Of a stretch of 64,000 nucleotides of DNA, positions 61,044-64,000 are shown in pieces; the first letter of the stretch is position 1, and each line of letters begins with the position of its first letter. The notes below the pieces were generated by a model, which was not told the DNA's origin, made no database searches, and saw nothing but the letters and a program-made list of their open reading frames with translations. Source of the stretch: Antedon mediterranea. Taxonomy: Eukaryota; Animalia; Echinodermata. Location: positions 21,961,237-22,025,236 of the forward strand of contig NC_092672.1 of NCBI RefSeq assembly GCF_964355755.1. The letters run 5' to 3'. A program made the translations under genes and the position numbers.

Positions 61044-63654
61044 CTGTTGATGGCAAAGAATAAAAAATTAATATACTTATTATTAATTAATTAATATACT
61101 TTGTCACTCTTGTGATGTCAGAACTTTTGATTAATTATTAAACAAGTCAGCTGTAAAAAAAACCAAATGTCCTAGTAGTAGTACTATCTAGGCTATAGCT
61201 AACTAAAAATAAATACAGTACCTATTTTTTTTTATTGTTAATGTTGTTGAACATAGCCTAACCCAGTATAATTATGTCCTAGGCCTAGATAGTAGTATTG
61301 CTATTTTTGGCATACCCTAGGTGTGGTAGATTAACATTACCTCTATGATAAATAGTACATAGAACAATAGGTAGGTCTAGCCTAGTAGGACTAGACCCTA
61401 GCTATGAGTCGAGTACTTAGTCCTAGTACGTCTTTTACGACATTTCGCGTAGTGATTAGGATGGTGTCCTAGTACATAAGTTCATGCTCTTGGTTTATTG
61501 TGTCATGAAAATAAATAATATATAATTACATATTATAATTAACAACACAGCAAAGGAAAGTAGTAATATTTAATAATGTAATTGTTTTTAATCTTTCGAG
61601 GAAAAAATTCAGTGCACTCATAATTTTTCTCGCCGCGTGTAGGCCTACCACGTAAAGTCACGTTGTCCTCTCTCAGGACTAATTAATAGTAATAACATTC
61701 TTCGAATGAGGTTAAATAAATATTATTTTTTATTTACTAATCTTTTAATATCATATTTTATTGAATTTTACAATGTTAATACACAAAATATTTTACTAAA
61801 AAACGTGATTTTATGTAATTATTTTACCGAAAAATGGAGTAAGCCTACCTAGGCCTAGGCCTAGGCCCTAGTTGTTTATGTCATTTTTGGCTAAAAACGA
61901 TCACTTTCGGTGATGTTTTATATTTTGGAATCTACAAGCCAGATTTTCACAATTATTTCTTTCATTATAATATTTAATAATATATATACTAAAAACCATG
62001 ATATATAAACTTTTGAATGTACATCGATCCCTAATATAAATTGAACGAGCACCGGCGAAAGTTAGCATTTGGCGTTCCAAAAAAAATAACGTTTTTCTGG
62101 TGGCGGCTCAACTTGTCGGCGGCTCAACTTGGCCTAATCCAGTAGTAGCTGGCCTACGAAAGTAATTGTTTTATGGCTAATGTTAGTTATTATTTATTGG
62201 TTTAAGACCTAGCCTAAATTAAACATCGAAACAATAACTAGGCTTAGACCTAAGTAATACAACGATCGGTGGACCAAAATAACTACGACCGGTGGAACTA
62301 CCGAACTAACTCCGGCTATTCGGTTCGGCGGTCGGATAGATTCGATGCTTTTCAATTCGTTGTACGCCAGCCGGACACCATCGGAAAGTGTCATGCAACG
62401 CATCAAATGAAAGCTACAGCTTTCCTTTATTCATATAACTTAAAACTCCAGTACAAAGGGAAATTATTAAAATACGTGTTTGTTTCGTTGTTATATTCAA
62501 AATAATGGAATACTTACAATTGATGAAACAAGTAGTTATATTTGGTTGATTTTATTGATTTAATGACTGGTACGTTCGCAAAAAAATTCGGAATCCGAAT
62601 ACATAAAACACGCATGTGAATCCTTGCTGACAATTAACTGCGCATATGCAATGTGTTTTTTGTTCGTATTTATGTACTCCACTGTTAGTTAGAACGGGGA
62701 ATAGGGGTTGCTACTTAGCGGCGAGGAGCCTTGTGTGTAAGGAGATCGAACCGAGATAACACGGCGGGCGGTCGCAGTGCAATTTAATAGGAGTCATTTG
62801 ACCATGTAATGTGCTTAATTGGATTAAAATCCATGCATTACATCGATGTTACTCCTTCCTAACTGATTTCTCCATGGTTTGTGTTACTGGATGTACTATG
62901 ATGGCCATTGAAAGACTGATTTGTGGACTATGATATATTTTAGTATTACTTGTTTGGACTGTGTTATACTATGTTTTTTTTATATATATTTACTATTATA
63001 TTTATGTCAACTTCATCACTGTTTACTTGATGCAATAAAGGAAATAAATAATAATAATAATAATAATAATTGCAAATGAAAAGATGCTGATTTTTCTAAA
63101 TGTCAGGCCTTCTATCTGATGGTTTGTATCCTAATATAATTGTTTGGCGATTTTTTCAATTTCATTTTATAACTTGATACAACTAATTTCAACATTTGCT
63201 CTTCTAGTACTCCTTTTTAATTTTATCTGAATTGTTCACATTCCTCAAATATGTATCATGGATGTTCAAAGGAGACTTTAATACCATATAACCATAACAT
63301 CTTTATTATAGGCCTAATAGAGAGTTTGTTTACATTTAATTATCGTAGGAGGAGATAGGAAAATGCGAAGTGTCCTCGTATTATTGTCTGCAGGTATTTT
63401 TCAAATTGGACATCCATTAGACAGTGTATACCACGATCGGAAAACACCCCTATTTGGGGCAAATCGTTGAACCTAAATTCGTTTTAATCGTCAATAACTA
63501 ATTATCTAACTTAATTTAATTAGTAAACAGGGTTACATCAGGTGGTTAAAATCAGTACCGAAAGTACGAACCAACTTTACATACCATCGAGTAAACATTC
63601 TAGAAATAACGCGCGATTTACCGAATTTTGCCCTTACGTAAATTTATATATAGA

Positions 63655-64000
63655 TATCAGGTGCTTAATTAAAATTTTGATTAATTTTCAACATTTGTCC
63701 AATTGTCCAATTGAAATGCGTTGTTTTGTCAAATAAGTTGACTCCAGTATGTTTCCTTGTACTAATAGGCCTATTGTTAAATAATATTTATTTATTTTAC
63801 TTACTCTGGAAGCACCCTTCATTCAAGAAGTGTGCCACTGTTTCTAAAGTGTAGCTTCCAAATAAATTATTATATTATATGTAAAAAAAGTGGAGTAAAG
63901 TTACTTTAGGTAACTAATTATAAAGGCATTCATTTTAAATGTGTTATAATTATAGCTAGAATTCTTTATTTTGTTATTTACTTTATTAATATTAAAAATA
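63655..64000. repeat. Dispersed repeat nearly identical to 30479-30819
   Basis: Direct collinear match running off the window end. Confidence 0.93.

Larger units (their letters stand above)
56780..62876. mobile_element. P-superfamily DNA transposon, internally deleted, with two convergent genes
   Basis: Perfect 32-bp TIR CATGGAGAAATCAGTTAGGAAGGAGTAACATC, 7-bp TSD GTTTGTG, P-transposase catalytic-E exon inside. Confidence 0.92.
56352..63064 (+). mobile_element. Short 5'-truncated LINE (56352-56779 plus 62884-63064) split by a P-like element
   Basis: ORF2 C-terminus IRPVLEYACAVWSP...IEHVQRRA, AATAAA and (AAT)n tail, candidate TSD AATAATTGCA (56342-56351, 63065-63074). Confidence 0.85.

Noticed and set aside
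62209-62505. ORFs near the right P TIR as the THAP exon of the transposase
   Set aside because: No C2CH THAP signature or AVPT box found in the frames examined.

Overview
AT-rich eukaryotic genomic DNA, probably a marine invertebrate (inference from the transposon complement). The window is almost entirely nested transposable elements, plus one clear host exon: a 99-bp ankyrin-repeat exon at 24595-24693 (+). Main contents: (1) a probable Polinton/Maverick-like terminus at the left edge carrying tandem arrays and a small spliced gene; (2) a full-length but disrupted Gmr1-like Ty3/Gypsy element (PR-IN-RT-RH order, SCAN-like Gag, tRNA-Leu PBS); (3) an intact CsRn1-clade Gypsy element (tRNA-Trp PBS, -1 frameshift, TG...AA LTR ends) inside a LINE inside a Kolobok-like element; (4) many non-autonomous DNA transposons with readable TIRs and TSDs (Kolobok-, Merlin-, MULE-, pogo-, Ginger-, hAT-, P-like). 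The most unusual signals are two diverged, convergent copies of a greatly expanded type I hammerhead ribozyme-like RNA (13757-14028 +, 16761-17015 -), a 7-bp-TSD P-like element whose transposase appears split into two convergent genes (56780-62876), and four tiny TIR-only P-type excision footprints. All calls were made by eye without database searches or folding software, so family assignments and novelty are unverified.
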